Notes under the pieces: model-generated | What the model was told of the DNA's origin: nothing | The model's input: the letters and a program-made list of their open reading frames with translations, nothing else | Database searches by the model: none | DNA from: an uncultured Candidatus Saccharibacteria bacterium | GTDB taxonomy: Bacteria > Patescibacteriota > Doudnabacteria > UBA920 | Length of the DNA stretch: 64,000 nt | Assembly: GCA_964474825.1 (NCBI GenBank) | Contig: CAYYWQ010000001.1 | Location: 549,609-613,608 of the forward strand | Direction of reading: 5' to 3' | Translations under genes and position numbers: made by a program | Part shown: piece after piece, positions 9,097 to 17,741 of the stretch | How the letters are laid out: each line of letters opens with the position of its first letter | Position numbering within the stretch: position 1 is the stretch's first letter

Positions 9097-9290
9097 AGTT
9101 TATTCCTTCTCAGGACTTACCCACCGCCGCCTCTTGAACTGGCGAAGCCAGTCCTTCAAGGCGGCTCTGGCCAATTGCTTCGTTATTTTGTTCCGGTTTT
9201 ACTCGCCGTAGCCTGGCTACGCCTCGTAAAATCCTCACAAAATGCCTCGCACTTGGCGGAAGTAGTGTAAGCCCTGTTTATTTATAATGA

Positions 9291-9424
9291 AAAAAAACCG
9301 AACAAAAAACTTTTGTCCGGTTTCGCCATTGGCCTCTCCCGCCATAATTTTAAAAATTATGCGCGGGCCAGCTGCGATTGTAAGGCGACCAAATAATAAA
9401 TCGCAGATTGTAGGCCTACTAAAT
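9291..9424 (-). repeat. Copy 1 of a ~130-nt conserved intergenic element (terminator hairpin plus structured segment)
   Basis: ~85% identical to 13164..13297. Contains hairpin ctgcgatt[19 nt]aatcgcag and the palindrome gtaggcctac. On the minus strand it ends in a hairpin plus U-tract. Confidence 0.6.
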
Positions 9425-9435
9425 TTAGTTAAATT

Positions 9436-11685
9436 TTAAAGTAACTTTACTACTTCCAATGTGCTGCTTTGAGGAAAAGGAACCTCTTCTTTTTTAGGAT
9501 ACTTTATTTCCATCCACTCCGGGAAATCTTCGGCGCTCATAGGTTTGGCTATAAGGAAACCTTGCGCGGCGTCGCAGCCTAAACTTTGCAAAAAAACCAT
9601 TTGCTGCCCTTCTTCCACCCCTTCGGCCGTAACCTGTAAATTCAAAGTTTGGGCCATGGCAATAATAGTTTTGGTAATGCTGGTGTCAGGCGCGCTGGTT
9701 ATGCAGTGTCTGACAAAAGATTTGTCTATTTTTAAACCGTGAATGGGAAAACGTTTTAAATAATTGAGCGAAGAATAGCCGGTGCCAAAGTCGTCTATTG
9801 TAATTTGCACGCCTAAATTTTTTAATGCTTTTAAGTTAACCCGGGTTAGCTCCAAATCCCCCATTGCCAAACTTTCCGTAATTTCCATTTCCAGGCAATT
9901 GGCTTCCAGGCCGGTTTCCGCTAAAGTGTTTGCTACTTCGGCCACAAATTCCGGTTCGGAAAATTGCTGCGCGGAAACATTTACCGCTATACGGAATTTA
10001 GGCAGTCCCATGTCTTGCCAAACTTTAGCTTGTATACAGGCCTGCCTTAAAACAATTTTGTCCAGCTGGGCAATTAGCCCTGTTTCTTCGGCTAAAGAAA
10101 TAAATTCACTGGGAAGCAAAAGCCCCTTTTCCGGATGCTGCCAACGCGCCAGAGCTTCTAGAGCAATAATCTTATTTCTTTTTAAGCTAATAATAGGCTG
10201 GTAGTGGACTGTAATTTGGTTTAAGAATAAGGCTTCGCGGAATTCGTTCTCAAGGGTAAACCTTTCAGCCTGATGCAAGCCATGGAGGGAAGAGTCATAC
10301 AGGCTTAAGCGGTTGCGGCCGTTCTCCTTGGCCCTGTACAAAGCAACGTCCGCGTTCCTTTTAAGGCCGGACAAATCTAGTCCGTCGTTGGGGTATATGG
10401 CAATGCCAATGCTCACTGTAGGGTGTATGGTATGCTCTTCCACTTTTACCGGTAAACTTACGGCCCGGAGTATTTTTTCCGCGGCCACAACCACGTCTTT
10501 ACTGGAACGGATGTCGTTAATTAAAATTAAAAATTCATCTCCGCCAAACCTGCAGGCCACGTCTTCACCCCTAATGCTTGTTACCAACCTGCTGGCAATA
10601 ACTTTAAGCAGGGAATCTCCCGCGACATGACCGAGACGGTCGTTAACGTTTTTAAAACGGTCCATGTCCAAGAACATTATGGCAATTTGGCGATTGTTGC
10701 GCTTGGCTTGTTCCAATGCCTGGTCAAAACGAATGTGGAATTCCTTCCTGTTGGGTAAACCCGTTAGGGAATCATGCAAAGCTTGGTGGGTTATAGTCCT
10801 TTCCGCTTCCTTGCGTTCAGTAATGTCACGGATATTGGCAATAATTCCGTTTACGCTCGGGTCGTCCAACTTATTTACCGCGCTTGCTTCCAGCCAGCGC
10901 CAGGAACCATTACTGTGCCTATAACGAGCCTCTACGGTCATTGCTTTGTTGGGCTGCACAGCGGTTTGAAGCATGTGATTCTGGATTTTTTCTACGTCAT
11001 CAGAATGCATAAAATCCACCAAATTACGTCCTAACAAATCACCTACCGCATGCCCAGCCATACGGGTTATTGAACCGCTAATGTCCGTAATACTTCCGTT
11101 CGCGTCCAGCAGGGCGATAACATCGTAACTGTTTTCTATCATGGACCTAAAACGCAGTTTCTGGTTTTCCGATTCCAGCCTGGCTTCCTGTTCCCCCATT
11201 CTTAACTGATTAATTGTAATAGCCTGGGCCGCGGCATTCCCCAAAGCTATGGACAGGCCCTGCTCCTCTTCGGAAAAATTATGGGCATCTTTATAACAAA
11301 TAACTAAGTTCCCATAAATACTATTTTTATAACAAATCGGGATAATAACATAACTTTTCATGTAAGGGCTAACGTCATACCCTTCCTCGTAGTCTTCCTT
11401 TTTTACAACTTCCACAAAAAGTGGCTCCTGTTTTTTTTGGACCAAATAATTCCCTCCGCGTTCCCGGGGAAAATTGGGGTCATAAGGAACAGTAGGGCTT
11501 TTATAAACTAACTCAAAGCCTTGGCCAAAGGGTTTAACCCACCAGGCAAAGCCAAAGTCGGCTTCTAAAATTGCCAAACCGGTGTCCATAAACTTTTGGA
11601 TAATAGTTTCTTTCTCAGCGACATTGAAAGATTCCAAAATTGTATGGTTAAGCAAAGTTATTTTTTTTGAAATTGATTCACTCAT
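9436..11685 (-). CDS. GAF-PAS-GGDEF-EAL protein (diguanylate cyclase/phosphodiesterase)
   Basis: 749 aa. RFGGDEF(LIL) GGDEF motif, EALARW EAL motif, and PAS/GAF-like N-terminal regions. Confidence 0.85.
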   Translation of the reverse strand: MSESISKKITLLNHTILESFNVAEKETIIQKFMDTGLAILEADFGFAWWVKPFGQGFELVYKSPTVPYDPNFPRERGGNYLVQKKQEPLFVEVVKKEDYEEGYDVSPYMKSYVIIPICYKNSIYGNLVICYKDAHNFSEEEQGLSIALGNAAAQAITINQLRMGEQEARLESENQKLRFRSMIENSYDVIALLDANGSITDISGSITRMAGHAVGDLLGRNLVDFMHSDDVEKIQNHMLQTAVQPNKAMTVEARYRHSNGSWRWLEASAVNKLDDPSVNGIIANIRDITERKEAERTITHQALHDSLTGLPNRKEFHIRFDQALEQAKRNNRQIAIMFLDMDRFKNVNDRLGHVAGDSLLKVIASRLVTSIRGEDVACRFGGDEFLILINDIRSSKDVVVAAEKILRAVSLPVKVEEHTIHPTVSIGIAIYPNDGLDLSGLKRNADVALYRAKENGRNRLSLYDSSLHGLHQAERFTLENEFREALFLNQITVHYQPIISLKRNKIIALEALARWQHPEKGLLLPSEFISLAEETGLIAQLDKIVLRQACIQAKVWQDMGLPKFRIAVNVSAQQFSEPEFVAEVANTLAETGLEANCLEMEITESLAMGDLELTRVNLKALKNLGVQITIDDFGTGYSSLNYLKRFPIHGLKIDKSFVRHCITSAPDTSITKTIIAMAQTLNLQVTAEGVEEGQQMVFLQSLGCDAAQGFLIAKPMSAEDFPEWMEIKYPKKEEVPFPQSSTLEVVKLL

Positions 11686-11759
11686 AATATATTAAAGTTT
11701 GGTTGTGGAGAGAACAACCCGGCGGATCCTTACGGAACTGCCAGATTGTCCTCTCCATG

Positions 11760-12587
11760 CTATCGGTCGGCCATAAGGCGCAGAATTGAATACTGCTGAT
11801 GAAAGTACCAGAATCTTCCCAGAACTTCCAACGACAGTTTCCCTCCAGCGCCTTCTTGAGCGGGCTCCAGAAGCTCGGGTAAATCGTAAGGGGTTGTGTC
11901 TCCCCATTCCGGCTTACTGAACTTGTGTCCTTCCCACTCCACCTCAGCTGAGTTGTCGGCTTTGGTTGGGTGGACTAGGTAGACCCGCCGCTGAGGGTAG
12001 TTCTCGGGAACCGGCTCTAAAGCAAAGGAGCCCAATATAGCCATTAGGCGCGCCTTAATGATTTCGTCGCAAATTTGCGCAAGCGACGAGCCCACAATAG
12101 CCAGGGCCGACATAATATCCACCGCGCCTGAGCTCCATGCCCGAATAACTTCCTCTTGAATAACGTTCCAGTCGAGTCGGTTTCGGTCTGAGTATCTTAC
12201 AGCGTTCTGGCATGCGACTTTACTATTGTCGCGCACCACAACACTAAAATACTCTTTTCCCACAGCCTTGGCCGCAGATTTCTCGCGGCCTAAGCCCCAG
12301 CCCCAGAATTCCCAATTCTGTCCAATTATATCTGACGGGCGCAGGGCCTGGGTCCGGACGGAACGAGCCTCACGGCGAATAATTCGACACACGGATCTTC
12401 GCCATACGGCATTCTGTTCCCGATAAGAAGCCAAGGTTACCAACCCTAGCCTCACCAGGTCCCGCGGTGCAAGCGGGAAAGGATTACTTGGAACTGGCGT
12501 CAATTTCTCGTCCCACTTCTTTTGAAGCGCGGGATCAATACCAGCCCCTATTTGAGCCTCGAGATGATGGCCGAACCGGGTCATCAT
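11760..12587 (-). CDS. Hypothetical protein, GC-rich compositional outlier
   Basis: 275 aa ORF with a strong GGAGGAGG SD. The segment ~11.69-12.6 kb is visibly GC-richer than its flanks. No recognisable motif. Confidence 0.5.
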   Translation of the reverse strand: MMTRFGHHLEAQIGAGIDPALQKKWDEKLTPVPSNPFPLAPRDLVRLGLVTLASYREQNAVWRRSVCRIIRREARSVRTQALRPSDIIGQNWEFWGWGLGREKSAAKAVGKEYFSVVVRDNSKVACQNAVRYSDRNRLDWNVIQEEVIRAWSSGAVDIMSALAIVGSSLAQICDEIIKARLMAILGSFALEPVPENYPQRRVYLVHPTKADNSAEVEWEGHKFSKPEWGDTTPYDLPELLEPAQEGAGGKLSLEVLGRFWYFHQQYSILRLMADR

Positions 12588-12680
12588 GCTCCTCCTCCCT
12601 TAATTATAGCCTATAAACATAAGGATATTCAAAGGAAAGAGGCAATTTCTTAAAGAACAAAGTAGAAAATATTTTTTCCC

Positions 12681-13004
12681 TTAAACTTGAGGCAGGTTTC
12701 GCAAAAACCTGCTAAAGTGGATAATTACCACCCCTCCTGCCATAATTAGCGCTAAAGCATAAGGGTTATAACCAACGTTCATGGAAGCAACCGCCGCATA
12801 ACCACCAAGGGCCCCTACAATACCAATTAAGATGTCCCACAGCTTTCTGTACCGTGCCTTAGAAACAAACAACCCGGTAATTACTCCCAAAAAAATTGAA
12901 ATTAAAGTATCCATAATTTTTCCTTTCAAACTAATTATGGAGCTGTCCATAACTATTTTTAAAAATGCGTAATGGTCCCGCAATCCCTCCGTTACCTCCC
13001 GCAA
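12681..13004 (-). CDS. Small membrane protein, possibly GlsB/YeaQ/YmgE family
   Basis: Gly-rich TM helices (ISIFLGVITGLFVS…IGIVGALGGYAAV). The true start may be the internal Met MDTLIS. Confidence 0.4.
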   Translation of the reverse strand: MREVTEGLRDHYAFLKIVMDSSIISLKGKIMDTLISIFLGVITGLFVSKARYRKLWDILIGIVGALGGYAAVASMNVGYNPYALALIMAGGVVIIHFSRFLRNLPQV

Positions 13005-13163
13005 TTGCGGGACCGCTTCGCAATTTACATGTTGTCTTCCTGACCGCTCATGCCACCTTTATTGCCCTCTCCCTGGCCTTGATTCATGCCAGAGTCGCTG
13101 TCTGCAAAATTATATGTTTTCATAATTCTCACCGCCTTTCATTGTAGGGCCCTAAATAATTAA

Positions 13164-13297
13164 CAAAAAACCGGCCCAAAATAATTTGTCCGGTTTCGCC
13201 ACTGGCCTCGCCCGTCATAATTTTTAAAAATTATTGACGAACCTTGCTGTGATTATAAGGCGACCAAATAATAAATCACAGATTGCAGGCCTACTAA
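13164..13297 (-). repeat. Copy 2 of the ~130-nt conserved intergenic element
   Basis: Aligns with 9291..9424. The hairpin arm ctgTgatt…aatcAcag carries a compensatory change relative to copy 1 (ctgCgatt…aatcGcag). Confidence 0.6.
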
Positions 13298-13433
13298 ATA
13301 TATGAAATTGTACTCACCTTAAAATTTTATACAATCATTACTGTCTTGTCAACAGAAAAACTTTCCTTCATTTAAGCGAAGAGAGGTAATTTATCCACAC
13401 CAATAAAATTTTTGCTTCGTTCGGGGCACACTG

Positions 13434-15806
13434 TTATTTTAAGCGCGCATCGCTTGCCGTCATAACTGAAAGCTTAGCCATAGCTAAATCATAACTGTTT
13501 GCTTTAACCAGGAAACTTGCCTGTCCGCCATTGCTTAAAAAAGTATTCCAGTCCGGAACCGGTATAAGGCCTTCCGGGGTTAAGAAGTAAACGGCTTTTC
13601 CTGAAAGCAGCCAGCTGCCTCGCGGGTGAGCTCCGTTTGCGGTTACCACAACTTTCCCTGAAAGAGCCAAACCTGAATTGGAAACAACAGTAAGGTTCGC
13701 AAACTTAAAACCAAGCCCTAAAAATGCGGCCGCGTTAGCAAATGGTGTTTTGGTGTTTTTATATACCAAAGCTATGGTTCCGTTTTCATTTATTAATTGT
13801 CCGTTAACATAGCTTCCTGTTGTTGCCACAGGGGTAGGTGTGGGCGTGGGAACAGCTGTTGGTGTGGGAGTTGGCGTAGGGCTCGCACTAGAGGAGTTTA
13901 CTGTTACGTTCAAAGTGGCGCAGGAGCTTCCACCGGTTTGGCAAATACTCACACTGGCGTTACCTACTGTTATACCGGTTAAACTAAGCTGAGACCCGCT
14001 TAAATTTAAAGTTAGCGCGCTGGGATTTGTAATACCCGAAATATAATAGGTGCCGCTGCCTCCGCTAATAGAAATAGCCTGAGTTTGGTTTAAACCCAAG
14101 GCTGGACTGTTGTTGCTAAAAGTAATAGTACCGGTCCCGGCCGCTGCGCTGGCAACAGTAATAGACATAACGCCACAAACTGAAGAATTATTATTTTGGC
14201 AAACCGTAACACTGGAAGTCCCGGCGTTCAGCCCTGTCACGTAAAGGGAATTAGACTGCAAAGAAACCGCGGCCGCGGAAGGGTTGGAATTATTTGAAAT
14301 ATAATAACTGCCACTGCCGCCAGTTATGGAAACTGTCTGGTTTTGATTTAAGGCAACATTCACGTTACTTGGGCTAAAGGTAAGTCCCCCACCAGCGCCG
14401 TTAACAGTAACATAAAGCGTACCGCAAACCGTGCTGGAAGTCTGGCAAACCGTAATAGTGCTGCTGCCTACATTTTGTCCGACCAAATAAAGAGAACTGC
14501 CGCTTAAGCTCAAGCTGACAATGCTAGCGCTGGTGTTATTTGAAATAGTGTAGGTGTTAACTCCATTGGTGGAATAAATAGCTATGCTCTGGCTTTGACC
14601 AACGGTCATAACCGGATTTTGCAAACTAAAACTAATGCCGCCGGTAGTGGTGGTGCCGCTTGAGCCGACCTGCACGAACAAATAAACACAGCCCGAAGTT
14701 GAACCAGCCGGGCAAATGGTCAAAGTGCTGGATCCGGCCGCAACAGCGTAAACTGTTACCGTCTGGCCGGTCTGCCCGCTAACGTAAGAACTAACACTTG
14801 CCGAAACAACCGCTGAGTTACTATTGTTTGTAATACTTAAAGCCGCGGTGCTGTTGTTAATTGTTGCGGTACCTGTATTGCCCGCAGTTAAAACCAAACT
14901 GGAAGGGCTAATGGTTAATCCGTTCTGGCCATTGCTGCCCACCGTTACAGTTACAGTACCGCAATAGCTGGAGCCGGTTTGGCAAATTGACAGGGTGGCA
15001 TTCCCTGGAGTACCTCCCGAAAAATATAAAGTGGAACCCGAAATGCTGGGACTAGACACAATATTGGAATTGGAATTACTGGAAATATAATAAGCCGAAG
15101 AATTGCTATTGCTCGGACTGTAAATGGTAATATTGGAACTTTGTCCTGCAATAACAACGGGGTTGGCGTTACTAAAATTCAAGGTTGTGGAACTCCCGCC
15201 GTTGACCGTTACAAGAATATTTCCGCACTGGGTAGCAGACACTGTTGAGCATACCGTTAAGGTTGTGCTGCCCGTAGACTGGCCGGTAATAATAACAGAT
15301 GCCCCGCTAACAAAAACATTGGCAACCGAAGCATTACTGTTGCTTGTTACGGAAACGTTGCCGCCACTGGAAGGAGAAGCTACCACTGTCGCGCTATTGG
15401 GGCTTGTTATGGACACGCTTGTCTGGCTCAAAGTTAAAGTTCCGCTTACACACCCGCCGGTGCAGCTGCCCGGAGGAATTTGGACTGTGGGCGACTGTAG
15501 TCCTCCTATTATTACGTAAAGCAATAGCGGATTGCTGCTGCCGTCAAAACTAACGGTTTGCGTGGAAGTAAAATTGCCGTTTGTATCGGTATTACCTAAA
15601 CTATTTGAACTCCCTGTAAAAGAGGATGAGCTCTGCCTTTGGTATAAATAAACCGGGGTATTAGCGTTAGCATTGTTAATATTCAAGGTTACCGAATTGC
15701 CGCTGGATGTCGCGTACAAACTGGGAGTACCGGCCAACGCAGTCCCGGCCAGGCTGGCAAAAATTAAAACCAAACACAACCCAAACAGCAAAAGTTTTTG
15801 TTTCAT
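13434..15806 (-). CDS. Large secreted S/T/N-rich protein with repeated Ig-like (Big-type) modules, PT linker and C-terminal domain
   Basis: Signal peptide MKQKLLLFGLCLVLIFASLAGTALAG. About 8 repeats of ~85 aa, each with two Cys (…LT[IV]CQTGSS.CGT..VTV), then PTPTPTPTAVPTPTPTP and a ~130-aa C-terminal domain. Confidence 0.75.
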   Translation of the reverse strand: MKQKLLLFGLCLVLIFASLAGTALAGTPSLYATSSGNSVTLNINNANANTPVYLYQRQSSSSFTGSSNSLGNTDTNGNFTSTQTVSFDGSSNPLLLYVIIGGLQSPTVQIPPGSCTGGCVSGTLTLSQTSVSITSPNSATVVASPSSGGNVSVTSNSNASVANVFVSGASVIITGQSTGSTTLTVCSTVSATQCGNILVTVNGGSSTTLNFSNANPVVIAGQSSNITIYSPSNSNSSAYYISSNSNSNIVSSPSISGSTLYFSGGTPGNATLSICQTGSSYCGTVTVTVGSNGQNGLTISPSSLVLTAGNTGTATINNSTAALSITNNSNSAVVSASVSSYVSGQTGQTVTVYAVAAGSSTLTICPAGSTSGCVYLFVQVGSSGTTTTGGISFSLQNPVMTVGQSQSIAIYSTNGVNTYTISNNTSASIVSLSLSGSSLYLVGQNVGSSTITVCQTSSTVCGTLYVTVNGAGGGLTFSPSNVNVALNQNQTVSITGGSGSYYISNNSNPSAAAVSLQSNSLYVTGLNAGTSSVTVCQNNNSSVCGVMSITVASAAAGTGTITFSNNSPALGLNQTQAISISGGSGTYYISGITNPSALTLNLSGSQLSLTGITVGNASVSICQTGGSSCATLNVTVNSSSASPTPTPTPTAVPTPTPTPVATTGSYVNGQLINENGTIALVYKNTKTPFANAAAFLGLGFKFANLTVVSNSGLALSGKVVVTANGAHPRGSWLLSGKAVYFLTPEGLIPVPDWNTFLSNGGQASFLVKANSYDLAMAKLSVMTASDARLK

Positions 15807-15932
15807 AAATATTAATTAATTTTAATTTATTTCGCCGATTAAACCGGTCTTACATTCCTTATTATAATAATCTTTTAATACAAAAATCGCAAATTTTACG
15901 TAACAAACTACTTAAAAAATCCAATTAGCTGC

Positions 15933-17264
15933 TTACTGTCCTAAAGTCGCGATGTCTGCCTGATATTTTTGTGTTAAGGCAATAACATTGTCTCCATAAA
16001 AACGATAGGCAACATTTGTGCCTCCGCTAAAATAACGCATGGCGGCATTCCACTGTCCCTGCTGGGTGTTGTCTGCCCCTCCTGCCACTAATTTTATACC
16101 AGCGGCCAAAAAGGCGTCGCGAATATCCCAGGGGTTTGCAGGTTTGCCGGTAATGGCAGAAACTTTATCCCTATAGCCCATCCAGGTGGAAGGAATAAAT
16201 TGCGCCGGCCCCATTGCCCCTCCCCAGCCCAAGCGCTTACCCTTTTTGTCTTTCATGGCGCAGGAAATAGGCGTAACTTCCGGGTCTAAGCCTAATTCCC
16301 CTGTAACTTCCAAAAACGGCTTTATGTCCCGGTCGGGCTTCATCATAACTTTATAACTTTTTTCAGGCCCGTCCCCGGGACGGTTGCAAGTGCCAACATT
16401 TTTCCCCAAATTAGATTCCTGGGTCAAAATGGCAAGTAAAAAAGCCGGATCAATCCCCGTCTGCTGCGAAACATATTGGGCAATTTTTAGGGCGTTGCCA
16501 AAAGTAATCTGGCTACTAATCCCCAAAAGGTCATAAATACGGTTTTGGATTTCCGCGGCGCGACGCTTGGTGTCATTTAAAGTAATTTGGTAGTCGGCTT
16601 CCTTGCCTTTGGTTTCCTGAAGCAAAATGTTTTGCTGGCTTACCGTGTCCAGCAATTGCCCCTGCTGCAAATTTTGCACTGACAAATAATTCTTGGCCTC
16701 GTCCTGCTGGTCCGTGTATTGTTGTTGGTCTTTTTCCAGCTGGGACTTGGTGTCCTGCGCCAATTTAAGCAAAGATTTTAAATTATCGGAAACTGTCATG
16801 GAAGCGGCCACGTCATTCATTACGTCCGACAGGTTTCCCTTGGATACAGCCAAATACAAAAGCGGATAACTGTCGCGCTCGTTAATTGTCCTAATAATTC
16901 CGCCAATTTGCTGGGCAAGCAGTTCAGCTTTTAACTGATTAGCCTGTATGCCCGCTTGCGTAACCGTAATTTTTCCGGTTAAGTCGTTAATTTTTAAATT
17001 GGTAGCCTGAATTTGCAGCTGCAAACTGGCCTGCTGCTTTTTTAAACTGTTAATTTTATTCTGTAAGGTATTTTTTTGGCCGTTAATTTGGGTTAATTGC
17101 TGCTGGAACTGGTCTATTTCGTTCTGGATTTGCTGGAGCTGCTGCTGTAGTTGGGCCTGCGTGGCCGCAGTTGAAGTGGCCTCTTGCGCCAAAACAGGCA
17201 TGGCAATTAAAAAAAATATTGCCATTAAGCTGAAAATTAATTTTTGTTTTCCTGTAAAAATCAT
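15933..17264 (-). CDS. Lytic transglycosylase (SLT/GH23-like) with N-terminal TM and long Gln-rich coiled coil
   Basis: C-terminal …LAILTQESNLG… and …GAMGPAQFIPSTW… motifs. Start moved to the signal-peptide Met (MIFTGKQKLIFSLMAIFFLIAMPVLAQE). Confidence 0.65.
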   Translation of the reverse strand: MIFTGKQKLIFSLMAIFFLIAMPVLAQEATSTAATQAQLQQQLQQIQNEIDQFQQQLTQINGQKNTLQNKINSLKKQQASLQLQIQATNLKINDLTGKITVTQAGIQANQLKAELLAQQIGGIIRTINERDSYPLLYLAVSKGNLSDVMNDVAASMTVSDNLKSLLKLAQDTKSQLEKDQQQYTDQQDEAKNYLSVQNLQQGQLLDTVSQQNILLQETKGKEADYQITLNDTKRRAAEIQNRIYDLLGISSQITFGNALKIAQYVSQQTGIDPAFLLAILTQESNLGKNVGTCNRPGDGPEKSYKVMMKPDRDIKPFLEVTGELGLDPEVTPISCAMKDKKGKRLGWGGAMGPAQFIPSTWMGYRDKVSAITGKPANPWDIRDAFLAAGIKLVAGGADNTQQGQWNAAMRYFSGGTNVAYRFYGDNVIALTQKYQADIATLGQ

Positions 17265-17300
17265 CTTTATTATTATATCATTTTTTGATACAATTGATAC

Positions 17301-17678
17301 ATGGATGACAACAAACTTGAGCAACAAGTAAGCGAATACGCCAAACTTGCGAAAGAAAGCCCGAACATAGATGTCGCGAGCTTAATGCTTAACGCCTTAA
17401 ACAAAAAAGAAAACTTAGTCTCAGGCAAAACAAAAAAATGGGCTTATTTAATTTCTGTTGGCTTGCCGCCTTTTGGTTTACTATTTGCGCTAAAGTTTTA
17501 TTTTTTTAGCGGCGAAGACGACGCCTCTTCTGTGGGCAACATATGCGTAATTCTAACAGTTTTGGCTATGGCCTTTATGTGGTTTACCTTTAAAACCATG
17601 TTGTCTTCCGGCGGCACAAGTCTACAGCAGCTGCAGCAAATTACTCCGCAGGAAATACAAAGCACTTTAGGAAATTAA
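17301..17678 (+). CDS. Small membrane protein, hypothetical
   Basis: 125 aa with two TM helices, followed by a terminator. Confidence 0.45.
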   Translation: MDDNKLEQQVSEYAKLAKESPNIDVASLMLNALNKKENLVSGKTKKWAYLISVGLPPFGLLFALKFYFFSGEDDASSVGNICVILTVLAMAFMWFTFKTMLSSGGTSLQQLQQITPQEIQSTLGN

Positions 17679-17703
17679 ACTCCGGTTGGTTATAGAAGAC
17701 CTA

Positions 17704-17735
17704 AAAACCGCCGTCCCTATGGGCGGCGGTTTTAT
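17704..17735. terminator. Bidirectional terminator
   Basis: aaaaaccgccgtccctatgggcggcggtttta. Confidence 0.7.
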
Positions 17736-17741
17736 TTCCGG

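Noticed and set aside
9291-13297. Interpretation of the two conserved 130-nt elements as attL/attR of an integrative element
   Set aside because: No integrase or recombinase gene lies between or near them. The copies are only ~85% identical with a variable centre, so a structured RNA or small repeat is more plausible than att sites. This is kept only as a minor inference.
13780-15600. Possible CRISPR-like or tandem DNA repeats inside the large surface-protein gene
   Set aside because: The periodicity is at the protein-domain level (~255 nt Ig-like modules) with diverged DNA. There are no short identical direct repeats separated by unique spacers, and no cas genes are present.
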